64,000 nt of DNA. It comes from Patellaria atrata CBS 101060 (Eukaryota). Positions 26,626-38,730 of this stretch are shown here, one piece after another; within the stretch, counting starts at the first letter, position 1, and the number at the start of each line of letters is the position of its first letter. Under the pieces are notes generated by a model. It saw nothing but the letters and a program-made list of their open reading frames with translations. It ran no database searches and was not told where the DNA came from. The translations under genes and the position numbers were made by a program. The stretch is taken from assembly GCA_010093705.1 (NCBI GenBank), contig MU006095.1, positions 186,001 to 250,000 of the forward strand, read 5' to 3'.

Positions 26626-28065
26626 TCAAACCTGTTTCTGCCTGAACCGTCTCAATTCATCCTTAAGTTGTCGCGAAGGACGGTTTGGTCCAAGAAGCAG
26701 ATCCGAAGTCCGGAGATCCGGAGGCATCATACCGCATGGGGTGCACGATGTCATGAAACCCCCCAGGCTCATTTCGCTTACCTCTTCGGTGGAGGCGTTA
26801 CGTAACCTTGCTGGCGTGAGGGATGGAGGGAGGGAACGCTCTGGTTTGGGTTTCTTCTGGTTCGGGGGGTTGGTGTGAGGTCCGGGCAACGGGGGTCTGA
26901 TTGGCCGGGATACAGATGTTCGTGATTGAGATGATTGAAAACTAGCCGAGGGAGAAGTTATTGGATAGACTATAGTAGTTTCAATTGGTGCCGGTGGTTG
27001 AGGTGCGCTTGACCGAAACGCAGGTCCTGGCACAGTTGGAGAAACCATCGGTTGAAACGCGCCGGATTGATACTCGGGTGTGACATACTCAGTCCTTCCG
27101 GATCCCGGCGTCCCGAAATTGGCCGGTTCGGCTCCCGGTGGTTCATATCCAGGTGGTTGATATCCCATGGGCGGATATGCGCTTGAAGAATAAGCAATAG
27201 TCTGTAGTCCGTTGAATTGGAAATCACTGTGCTGATTTACACTTGGCTGAAACTGGCCTTCCTGATCCACCGATTCAACCAAGGGAGCATACTCATATTG
27301 ATCACCATCACCCTCTTTTAAGACAGTCCCCAAGTCCTCAGAGACCTCCGTTGCATTGGAATATTCTCCCCTTCTGCATCTCCTCACTACTTCTTCAGCA
27401 CTCATCGGCTTAACTCGAAGATTCTCGTTCGTACTAACCGGCTGCTCAATCGCTCCTTGCTCATCGAATGTACTGTACCGGTCAAATAACCGCTGCCCAG
27501 TCAAAATCCAATGAATTGTTGAGCCAAGTGAGAATATATCGCTCTTGACAGTGGCCCTCCCGCCTTCGATGTAAGGGAGGAAGACACCTACATTCTCCGC
27601 TCTACCATTGGTCCCGAACATCTTAGCTTTGAGAGTGGGGGAGCAGGAGGGAATGTCGGGGATATGGAGACCGCAGATTAGCTTACCCTCCTTATGCAGG
27701 TGCGCAACGGTATTCGCAGTTTCTTTCGCAATCTGTAGTCTTTCTCTGGAACTCAATATTTTTCCATTGAAGAAATTCTCAACATAATCGTTCCCAGCGG
27801 GTCCAGGAGAGGTACGGTCCATTTGTTGGTCTCCGTAGCTGGTGTTGTGCATTTGAGTACCAAGAGGGGGGTACTGGGCCGGTTCGGCAAAAGGGGGGTT
27901 TGGGTACCCTCCGTAGTATGGATGTCTCGGTACCGTTGACTCGTGGTGTATGTAATGATGCCTCGTAGTCGTGCGGACATGCTGGGCGCCGGGTCCGATG
28001 TCTGGCCGTACGGGAAAGTCGCTATCTTGGTGGTATTGTGTATGTTCGGAAGTGTTCCTATCCAT
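26626..28065 (-). CDS. Pro-rich 479-aa protein containing a degenerate protein-kinase C-lobe (pseudokinase-like)
   Basis: RLQIAKETANTVAHLH, then TVKSDIFSLGSTIHWILTGQRLF; no HRD/DxxxxN or DFG. Confidence 0.6.
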   Translation of the reverse strand: MDRNTSEHTQYHQDSDFPVRPDIGPGAQHVRTTTRHHYIHHESTVPRHPYYGGYPNPPFAEPAQYPPLGTQMHNTSYGDQQMDRTSPGPAGNDYVENFFNGKILSSRERLQIAKETANTVAHLHKEGKLICGLHIPDIPSCSPTLKAKMFGTNGRAENVGVFLPYIEGGRATVKSDIFSLGSTIHWILTGQRLFDRYSTFDEQGAIEQPVSTNENLRVKPMSAEEVVRRCRRGEYSNATEVSEDLGTVLKEGDGDQYEYAPLVESVDQEGQFQPSVNQHSDFQFNGLQTIAYSSSAYPPMGYQPPGYEPPGAEPANFGTPGSGRTEYVTPEYQSGAFQPMVSPTVPGPAFRSSAPQPPAPIETTIVYPITSPSASFQSSQSRTSVSRPIRPPLPGPHTNPPNQKKPKPERSLPPSLTPARLRNASTEEVSEMSLGGFMTSCTPCGMMPPDLRTSDLLLGPNRPSRQLKDELRRFRQKQV

Positions 28066-28483
28066 TGTGTTGAAGCGAGTCCCTTGAAGTAAGGGCCTTT
28101 CTACGTGTGTGTACGAAAGAGTGAGCTCTTGTAAGAACTTAGCTATATGGCCGTTGTGTGTGAGAAGAGAAATATCCTACGTGACGGAAGGCAGAGTACA
28201 AGTATTCAGTGCGTAACAAAGAACGGAACACACAACGGTTATGTAGGTCACGGTGTTTAGGGGAGAGCTTGTAACCTTGCTTGCGTACTTTTCCCCACTT
28301 GTGTAATGTTAATAGAGTTTATTCGGCGTCCAAACTCATTGGATCCGTTCTATCCCTGACCAGTAAGCCCTGAAAATCGTGAAGGGGGGTTTGCTAGGAA
28401 GAATGAGCTTACCGTTCGTATTCGTACTTACTTTGTACCACTTCAGATGACAAGCAAGAGATTACGATGGACGTCACCAGAAA

Positions 28484-29445
28484 TCACCAATTCCTCACCC
28501 TCCCATTCTGCCAAAACTTGCCCGATCTTCCTCCAATATCTTCCAATGCCAGCATTACAGGCGTCTTCGCTCCATGATCCGGCTTCCTCCACCCCGCTCC
28601 CTTCGTCAAATCCGTCGCCACATATCCCGGACAACAACTGTTAATCAGCACACTACTGTGTTTTGCCCTCTCCTCAGCTGCAAAAACTTTAGTTATACTA
28701 GTCACACCAGCCTTGGATACTGCGTATGAGGAATTCGGCCAACCGTCACGTTCGTGACGCCCACCAGCGACGGCCGAGACGTATTCTTCTACGAGGGAGT
28801 TTACCTCAGCAATACTTGTGGCGGTCCGAAATTTGGTGGCGATTGTGTCCGGGTAGAGTGAGAGGCGGGCCATGAGGCTGGACATGTTGACGAGGCGACC
28901 GTGTTCACGGATGATAGGGAGCAAAGCTTTGGTTGCGTTGAGTGTTCCATAGTAGTTTGAGGCGAGGGTATCCTTAACCGTGTGAAGATCTGCGGAAGAT
29001 AAGATTGTGATCTGTCGGGATTGGGAAAGTGAAGCTATGGCATACCGAAATCATCCCTTAGTATACCGGCATTGTTGATCACCACATCAATACCGTCCGG
29101 ATGGTTACGTTTCAAAAAAGAGACGAAGCCGTCGATGCTTGATTGGTTTGTGATATCTAGTGGATGAAATTTGACTTCTGTCAAACCCCCGTGTTGCACG
29201 AGCGCATTTCGTAGCTCTGCGTCCTCCATGATGCTAGCTACAGCATTTTCACCTCTTGATTTGTTACGTGCAGTAAGGTAAATGAGCAAAGGTCCAGTAT
29301 TCAGAGGGGATTTAGAATATTTTAGGGCAATGTTACGAACTATGAAAGTTAGATTTGAACAAGGCGGATAGCAGTAGGAAATACCTATCGCGTAGCCAAT
29401 ACCTTTGTTGGCACCCGTGACAGCTGCGATACGAGCAAATTTCAT
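28484..29445 (-). CDS. Carbonyl reductase-like short-chain dehydrogenase/reductase; 2 introns
   Basis: VTGANKGIG, INNAG, NMSS, YAVSK (YxxxK), NSCCPGYVATD. Confidence 0.92.
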
Positions 29446-31514
29446 CGCAGGAGAATATTATGCGTAATTTATTTCTCTTTTCTGAGCAAATCGTGACATT
29501 GTGCTGTATTAAATGCGATTACTCGCGTTATCCGCAAGGACGAGAGGTTGCTCGAGTACAAATGACGTTGGAAACCTTGCAACGGACATAAATGTCGGGG
29601 TTAGCGAACTTCTACTTGCTCTTCTTCCTCGCAACTTTACAATTCATCTACACACAACCGCGTCTCTTCAATTTCAATCTGTACGAGGAGCAATGCTAGA
29701 ATGTCTCGTACGGCACAATGAAACACGTTCCACTCGTAAAGTATGCAATACCGCGGCCGGAAATTGTACTGACAAGATAGGAAATGGGATAACAGAATGT
29801 ACACTGTCAATTCCAGGTATCCGTACGCTTGGTACCCATCAAAGAATCTCTTTAGCTTTGATAACTGTCGTACGTATTCAGTGCTTTTGAGATAAGGACA
29901 ACTCCCAAAGTTCTGCATTCTTCATACACGTACGCAGTATGTTCTTCATCAGTAAACGAGACTATTCCCCTGGAGTCTGTACAGTCAAGAGAACATTCCT
30001 GACGGCCAGTACACATCAAAGCCCCTAGATTCGACTGTCCGCTTCATGATTGGTACTTCTCAATTACTCTATCTTTCTAGCATGCACACCGCTTGTATTG
30101 TTGGCCCCCAATGAGTTGTTGTATCACCTTGTCGCACGCTTCAAGCATTTCTTCACTGCGTTTCAACGGGGTATCAATACATCCAGTATTCCCTTACCGT
30201 CATGTGGGAAACCAATCAGCTCGAATTTTGCTTTGTCCAAGCTATGTTAATCTCTTACTTTCCACTTATCTTTCATCAATCTGGGTCCTGCGCTTCCATG
30301 GATTTTTGTCACGAAGAGCTCCAAGGGTTACTCAGGCGTAGGGTACAACATCGATCCCCGGGAACCCTATAGTCTAACCTTGGACTGAATGTATTCCTCT
30401 TCGGAGTTTTCCTCTCAACTTTAACTTTGGGAATATTTTCTGCAGGCAGCCATGCCGCATAGCCCGTACCGAACACAAGACTCGGGATCCTACCCGCGAA
30501 CCGGGCGAGAGGTACCGTGTAACAGAATTGGCGGTTTCAAGCACTAGATATCACCTAGATCGGCAATTTTCGGGAAAACCATCCAAGTGGATTCAGAATA
30601 ATTCAGCTTTTCTTTGTTGGAAAAAGTTGATACGTTCTAATTACTACTTGCCGTGGATGCATATAACCCCGAAGTAGCAGACGGGTAGCATCTACAATGC
30701 ATACCTGTCACTCAGTCAAAACCCCGTGTAACATCTTATGCAAAACTTCAAATATTGGCTTTGTAATTTGATATATCACTGAGTCATCGAGTAAGGTTGT
30801 CCCGAGCTTTACTGCATGCTCATCTTTTTTCCTTTATCACGATTGACTCCCCGAGTCCCCGATTTGCTGTATCGTACCCGTACTACCTGGCCAGTGCTAA
30901 AACTTAAAGTTTGATAGCTGTTCTAGAACACGTACGAAGTAGGTGATCTCCCTTTGTACAGTCTGGTTCCTTTGATTCGTGGTTTATCCAGTTTTATCGC
31001 ATTTGTACATGCTATGCACAAGCTCGCCGACCTACCGTACACGCTGAGCGCAAACATTATATTTCAAGGCAACAAAGAATTTCTCACCCTGTCACTAAAG
31101 CATATGCAGATTCACTTCATATACCTTGTAAAATTCATATTTCAGCCTCCGAAAGTCTAACACGCAATGTATGTCGTCAAACCGTGCTTACTATGCAATA
31201 TACCACATCACTTTGATGTATGCACGTTGATTTCATGTAAGTTATACAGTGAGAAGATCCAGATCTCGATGCTCGTAGAACATCCATTTCAACACCACCA
31301 AAGGGAGTCAAACATGCCAAAGAACATCATGTATGCAGCAACCATGTTGTACTGTACAGTACACAAACAAAACTTGGGTATAATCAAGTCAAAACCTATC
31401 AAAACCACACCACCCTTTCACCTCTCCCACCCTGCCATTCAATCAGTCAGTTAAACCAAACTCCAAAACAAACCCAGATACCTCCTTCTAAATGCATCCC
31501 CGAATCCAATAAAT

Positions 31515-32496
31515 TTATACCTCATGTTCCATCAACTCCCTCAAGCCAGCTTCCACGGCCCTCCACCACCGTCCCTGTTCCTCAATCCCATTTCCCCACC
31601 CTTGCTCCCCTTGCTCCCGCCTCCTCATTGCCTCCCTGGCCACCTTCGTCAACGCCTCTTTCTGAACCTCCAATGGTCTCAATTCCGCTTCCAACATTTC
31701 CAATTCCCGGGACTTAGCCGGTACCGCTGCCTCGAAGGCTGCAAGTTCTGCATCAAGTACCTCAAGTTCAGCCCGCCGTTGTGACAGAAGCGACTGCGTC
31801 GCAGGAAGGGGAAGCGAGAGCGAAGGATTCAACGCCGGTGACGGAATCATCGACGAAAGTGTATTATGCGTGGTATTCAAATCCGTGATTTTCGCGGGTA
31901 GGGCCGCCAATTCTTCCGTCCGTAGCTGTATCGACTCATAACCTGTCCCACATTAGCCCATGTACACAGAATGGTGGTGTGTACTGTGGAGACCACACAC
32001 GCAAACTCAACTCCCTCCCCTTCCTCTCCAACTCCCCCACAATCTCCTCAACCTCCATCTTCTGCGCCTTCAGCGCCGCTTTCTCCTCCCCCAGCCTCGC
32101 CTCAAACGCAGCGTTCTCCGCCGCCTCGACGATGGGAGGGGGGTCTGAGATAATGGCGCGCAGAAACTTTTCTTTGGTTAGTTGCTCCACGTAGGAGAAG
32201 CGGAGTTTGGAGAAGAGTTCCTATCATAGATAATATTAGTTTTCCTCCTCAATCAACTCACATCGCGAATGATAGCTTGGATGGATGTGGGCACGTACTT
32301 TATAGTGTGCGAGATCGGCTTCGATGCTGCCGGGGGTGGACTTCTCGAGCACGTCGGCCGAGACATCGGAAACGCCTGAATTTCGCTTTGGCGATTGTAG
32401 GGTTTGCGGACGGATTTCGTCGCTGAGGGAGATTATGGAGAGGGGAGTGGGGGCGAGTAGCTCGTCGAGCACGGCTTGCACGTCTGTTGTCGCCAT
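31515..32496 (-). CDS. Kinetochore protein Sos7-like coiled-coil protein; 2 introns
   Basis: ADLAHYK|ELFSKLRFSYVEQLTKEKFLRAI, coiled coil, C-terminal EEQGRWW; family assigned from motif recall. Confidence 0.75.
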
Positions 32497-32897
32497 GGTG
32501 GAGGTTTGGTGGTTTGTTTACGGATTGTTTTGTTGGGGAAGTTGGTGGGGAGAGCGCCAAGAAAAAGGTCGCGATGTCAGGTGAAGGCGTGAATTCCCTT
32601 GTTTCTAGAAAGTGAACTTTCAAAAACCTTGTTACTGTAGACAAAAAACAATTCATATCGCACATCAGTCGTCGAGATTTTTCGCCGTGATTTGAAAGAT
32701 CATATTAATTCTTCTTCTTACTAACTGGCGGCAAATGACCAAAAATCACGTCCTTTGGAAAAATAAGTAGTCTATTTATTCATGCCAAGACTTTAGAAGG
32801 TACCCTCTCAGGTAGATTCCTGAAAATATTCCTCACAATCTTCTATCATTCGTACATAGTTAAGTATTCGACTGTAACTTAGTATTTATGACTATAA

Positions 32898-34090
32898 CTA
32901 CCCTCTTCCAGTCCCCTCACTTCTTTCGAAAACATTAACACCGCCATCTCTACCAACATGGTACAACACCTCCTTCTCCACCAACTCACTACTCTCCCCT
33001 GACGCATTTCCCCTCGTCTCCTCATCCTCATAATCATCCCGATCACCCACAGTGATCCTGATAACTCCACTCACGTCCTTCGCAAACCCTGTCTCCAGCA
33101 ACCTCAAACTCATCACAAAGCGCGCCTGGTGCGCCATCCCGATCGCAAACCCTGCGTGATTCCTCTCCAGTGGTGTAGATATAGTAGGATCAGATATAGA
33201 TGAGGAGATAAGCGGGGAGTCGGCGGCCAGGGAGATGACTGTGGAGTGTGCGAGGGAGCGGAGATGGAGGATGCTGGATTGAAGAGCGTTGGGATCGAGG
33301 GATGTTGCGGCGAGTAAGAAGTCGGGAGAATCGAGGATGAGGACGATCTTTTTCGGTGAGGCGTCTGTTGGAGTGGACGGTGAAGTTTTCAGATTATTTA
33401 TGACGCGCGATATCACATCCTGCACATGTTCGAGGGTGGGCGAGGTGAGGGTGAATTGACCTGCGTCCTCAGGAGTAGTGGATGTGGTGCGAGATTCCTG
33501 CACCGTCGTCCCTCCTTGGACTTGTCGAGGCGAGATGTGGGGTCCTCGCGGTGTTATAGAGTTGGCTGTGCGGTATGGCGTAGATGTTACTCGTGAAGGA
33601 GTAATTTGGGACGGACTGTGATCTTCTGATTGTGTCTCAGTCTTTGGAAGAAATAAGCTTGTCAAGCCGTCGACGAACGTGAAGCGTTTCTGTTGTACAA
33701 GGCGAGGAATATCGAGGCCCTGGGGTAGAAGTGATCAGTAGAATGCACAATGGGTAAGGTAAGTCGAGACTACTTTAGACAGGGAACTTTACTCACTCCA
33801 GCTCTTCTACACTCTGTACTCCAGAACTTCCGGTCCCGCAACCAGCTCACGAGAACCACCGCAGTCTCTCCATCTCCAGGCGGAATACCCGTTACTCCAT
33901 CTTCCTCACGTCTATCTTGCGCGCTTCTGGACCCATATTGAGATTTTGGACTATCGAGGACAGCACATATGAAACGGATAACAAGCCAATTTGTACTGGC
34001 TCCTAATATGCTTGTTAGTAGCACTAATGACTCGTCTGGGCCAATACTGGTGTATGGCTCGAGAAGGCGTGGAATTCGCGATGAAGGCAT
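32898..34090 (-). CDS. ELP6: Elongator complex subunit 6-like protein; one intron
   Basis: LVLLTSILGASTNWL, VVLVSWLRD, FTFVDGL, LILDSPDFLLA, LETGFAKDVSG, EVLYHV. Confidence 0.75.
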
Positions 34091-34629
34091 GAGATGGAGG
34101 GGTGAGGTGGGGTTCTTGGAGTTTTCTTCCACCGCGTCACGTCTCGTAAGATTTTAACACTTCAAGTTCACAAGTCCACGGCTCCACGCGCAACTGATCG
34201 CATGTGGGAGCTACGGTAAAGTAGCTTTACGAAAAAGTAAACATTCTGTGTACACAACGTCAATGGTTGATGATGGGCTATTATGCCGGACAATTCTTTC
34301 TAGGAGAGGGTAACCTTCTCTTGACTCAGTCATTATTCGATCTATGAGACTTTCATCTCTCGTATGTGAATGCTCTAATTTTGGGGAGATCAGTAGTGTT
34401 CACCAAATACGTCACTCGTTACTTTTACAAATGGCTTTCTTTATTGTAAAAATTGCTCCGTATGTTTTATACCTCCGTCAACTGCCCCGTTGCCTGCATC
34501 GAACTTCCTATTTCTTTTTTGCAAGACACCAACCTTCTCTTTAGACTATTTCCTTCTCTGGATATTTCATTCCACAAAAGACACGCTCAACCAAAGGGCT
34601 GTCTATATCTAGGCAGCCGGACACTCAAC

Positions 34630-34776
34630 ATGCCCGTGATTCTAAAACTTCCAAATGAGCTGCTAGATAGGACATGCTCTTATGTTTCCTCAACATCCGA
34701 TATTAATACATTAAGGTTAACATGCAAACTACTGGAAGCCAATGCATCTTGTCGATTGAAACTACAACATCTCTAG
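34630..34776 (+). pseudogene. Truncated F-box-like gene fragment
   Basis: MPVILKLPNELLDRTCSYV...LRLTCKLL fits the F-box pattern, followed by an early TAG. Confidence 0.55.
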
Positions 34777-36062
34777 CATGCGATGGAGAGATCACACTAG
34801 TGTAAAAATCGAAGTGTGTCGAATAGGCGTCGAGATTCTGGATGTTATCATGTAAGAAAACCTTCGCAATGGATTTTCTCTCCGTATCTGTAGGGGGTTT
34901 CATAGTAGAATAGGGTGGGTATCAAGGTAAACTTCTCTCTTTTCTTCCCTTTACCTATCAAATGCTATATACATTTCATCAGACGCACGGCATAATATCC
35001 AGGTAGCTTTAATCATGCAAGAATATAAAGCGTCGTCGATCATTCGACAAAACTGGACCCCATCGTGAGCACTTCGCCTCATTTCAGTCTGCCTCGTCCC
35101 TTTTCATGGCTACGGCACCCATATGGCATCCATATCATTCATCGCTTTATCTATTTTGAGATCTCGTGTAGACGTTGGGTGGACTTATAACAATTGCTCC
35201 ATCTCCATCATATGACGTTCCTCTCGAAACTCTTCTGCTACAGTAGACCTAATGTTAGTATTTGAAGTGTACTTCCGATTCTAATATAGACTTTCTGCAT
35301 TTTACTACACCCGAGATTCCAGCTTTCCTGTCGTCAGGTCCAGTGTTCACGTACCGTTAACACCTCAAGGCTGAAATGCCTTGTTCTTCTTAGAGTACTG
35401 CACTTTGGAGAAGTCCCATGTCGCAAACCCGGATCAAGCAGGCTGGAATAGGACCTTCGTCGCACGTTGTACCTCCGACTAGTCCTCTTCTCGCTCCTAC
35501 CAATGCACGTGGTGTTCCCCTACAATGTGTCGATGTTTCCTTGCCGAACGATCCAAAGAGAACATGTACTCCACATGACCTGGCGTGTCCCCAAATATTG
35601 CTCCAAACCCTACAATATCACAATTAGACCCTTTTCGTGAGGCTAAGCAACTTCCGTTCGACAAGAGGGAAACCGCAATATCGGTATGCACCCCTGGATA
35701 AATCTTACTCCGACCGTGCTCACCATATTGTCGGGATTTTCTATAAAAATATTTACAAGTCAAAAGTAAAAGTAAAAATCAAGCAAGACAGGAACAGATT
35801 CCTGCGTGACTTAACATGTCTCATCGATTTTGAACTGAAGGTGTGTGGCTATACTCCAAAAGAGAGTATGCCCTCCCTGTTGGCGATATGTCCCAGAGGA
35901 ATTATGTGAGAGCTTAAAAGCGTTCTTGAACAGAAAAATGTCAAGCAACAGTATTGCTACCCCAGGAAATCTCCCCTTACCAAGATTGTCCGAGACGTTA
36001 CAGGCACAATTCGAACAACACGGTCTGCTTTCAAGGTGCCACACTTCGAATTGTACTAGTGG

Positions 36063-37130
36063 TTGGATCCAAGTAAACCGAGGACGCCGATTTCATCTTC
36101 AGCATCGGCCTATATATTTAGATGTCCCACTAAGCTCGACCCGGGAGCGCCCCTTACAATGTGTGGCTCCCTTGTGCGCCCCATAGTTTCGGATACATCC
36201 GAAATATCTCAACTCTGTACTCTCTCGTTACTTCTAGAGTCAAATTCTGAAATATATTGCATGGTCCCAGCCCATTCATGGAGACGCTCGGAGGTTGACG
36301 AGGATACAAACGCAACAAGCACTCTAATGTTCACCAATACGGATATCTCTGATTCAGACTCTATTAAAGACGATGGCTACTTTATTGATCACTATGAAGA
36401 CGAAGATTATGACTTAACGTCAGATTTGTATCATTTCGATCTGATTGGGGCTCATACAGCTGTAGTACACGGATATAACTCACGGGAGATTGGTAATGAT
36501 ACTGATATCTCGCATCATTCCGACCAAATAGGGAATGGATCAAGCACACGATGTGAAATTGTTTTACTAGACTGGAATTCTTGCGCTGACTAGTTCGATG
36601 GTGATTAGGCCGCAATACACTTCATTCAACCTTATCATCATTTACCAAATGCGTATTTGACTGATGATGATCATCCTCGTCTCGTGTTTCTTGACTCGTT
36701 TTCGGAATATCGCCTCATTGAAGAATGAAACGTCAATATTATCTCGTCTCATGGCATCAAACATGGCCACTTAATCCCGGGATGCTCTTATATTGGGGGT
36801 ATCAGTGGCGTTGGGCCATCAGAAGTCTAGACCGTAAGTATGAATCCACTGAACTGGAAGTCCTCCTCCATGAATACTTTCAAAAGTCGAATCTAATTTT
36901 CCATAAGGTATCTCACCGGGGGATGCCGGTACCCTAGTCGTAGACGCCCTCACTGAAATCATTTACGGCTATATCGTAGCTCTAAATCCATTAGGAGAAG
37001 TGTACATTATGCCACTGTGCACAGTTATGAGACAATTCAAAGCGGTGAACAAACTAGACAGAGCGGGTTTGATTGAGCCTATATCCTCTCTAGTCAAGTA
37101 CCCTATGGATAAAATGAATGACTGAATTGA
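36063..37130 (+). pseudogene. Degraded trypsin-like serine protease domain gene
   Basis: CTLSLLL...YCMVPAH (His), D*AAI at 36603 (DWA with TGG>TAG), PGDAGTLVVDA...IYGYIVA...VYIMP (GDSG-type motif). Confidence 0.6.
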
Positions 37131-37689
37131 TGAGCGTGTAGAAAGCACTTTTAGAACTCTATGAGTTATTACGGCCAATGAAGGGCAGCGGAGGATAATT
37201 GCAGGATTCATTTACATCAATCTTGGATTCAATAGGAGCCAGCTTACTGCGCTACAAAGAATACTGCAGCACTGAAAACATGCCTCGACCCGATAAAAAT
37301 TTTCCCCTAAAGGTCGTTGAGAGATCGCTTGCGACTTATAAGAGTCTTCATCCTTCTGTCCCCTCGGTATTCCATTCCAGTCAATTATGCTTACATCATT
37401 CACTTGGTGCTGAACTGGATAGTTATTTAGAGATTTTCTGCGTCTTGGAGCGTCTCGTTGAGAGACTTTCGTGAATAGCGAACACAAGATTAACGACATT
37501 GCCAACCTCTCACGTGCTTAGAGCTACTTTAGAGCGCATGATTAAGAAGTGGCGAGATGAAATCCTTTAATCGGTACGGGGCCTCATCTACGAATATGGT
37601 AGACCATCAATCCCAAGTAATAGGCATGACGTATGGTGTACGTTTGATTCCTTGCAAGGCAAAGGGGTTGGGTCTGCATATGTGGTCAC

Positions 37690-38730
37690 TTTTACGGTAC
37701 ACTCCCTTGGATTCTGATAGTAATCCTACAACAGCCCAGGTAAGTTTTACGTTTGATAACAAACGACATCGGATATGTTCGAAATGCTCCAGCGAACCCA
37801 GAGTTAATGAGTATATAGCAATTATTCGTCTGCAAAAAGTTTAGTAGGGAGACTACTAGTGCTGGAAACTGAATCAGCGAGCGAGAGAAACTCAAAAGGG
37901 TGAAAAAACTTAAATATTCGCACTTCCTAAGTCTATTGTCTTGTTGTACCGTGGGAGAATCTTACTATCAGCTATTCCCCTCCCAGTGGTTACAAAGTTT
38001 CGAATCCTGGATGAAAAAGCGACCGCCATTCGGCGGATGAAGTACTCCAGACGTGGATAATTCAGCAGATGAATGGGATCGCAAATGCACTCCAACTAAT
38101 ACACGATGGTGCACATGGCTAAGGACCTATTGGCTATCATCACAACATAAATCCACAGAACCTTCTGTTTGTCAAAGGTGTAGACGCGTCTGGTAAGAGC
38201 CCGGGATGGTTTAACAGGATTGTTCTTACCGGGTTTGAGCTATCTAGGTTTTTTGACGATAAGCGATGATGGCCAGCGGAGCCTTTCAACTTGTTATCAT
38301 GATGACTCGAAGTGGAATGGAGCCGAATCAAAGTACTACGCTCCCGAAGCGTTTATTTTCGGGGGAAGACGTTGGACTGGCAAAGGGTACGACATTTTTA
38401 GCCTCGAAATGGTCATGCTCGAAATGTGTCTCGGTGTTTAAGAATGTTCTTGAAGGCTTGAAAGTCGATTCGGGTATGAAATCTTACCCAGGTACCTCAA
38501 AAGCATCCCCCTACACCATTATTGGATCGCTCCATGATATTGAAGGGTTAAACTTTGCCACCACGTCGCGAATTGTCTAAGCGGTCACAAAAAGCTCTAC
38601 GAAAAATCGAAATCCGACCTTCCTTTGTTTAAGGTGTAAAACTTTTGACACACTGGAATATCCTCGACGTCAATCCCGAGACCAGATCGACCGCCGCTGA
38701 TCTTAGTTACACTCTGCAGTATATCTTAAA
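37690..38730 (+). pseudogene. Degraded Ser/Thr protein kinase
   Basis: WIIQQMNGIANALQLIH, HHNINPQNLLF (HHDIKPxN), VLTGFELSRF (DFG-like), YYAPE, YDIFSL; stops and frameshifts present. Confidence 0.75.

Noticed and set aside
29500..31450. Short ORFs between the carbonyl reductase and the Sos7-like gene
   Set aside because: No recognisable domain; probably intergenic or heavily decayed sequence.
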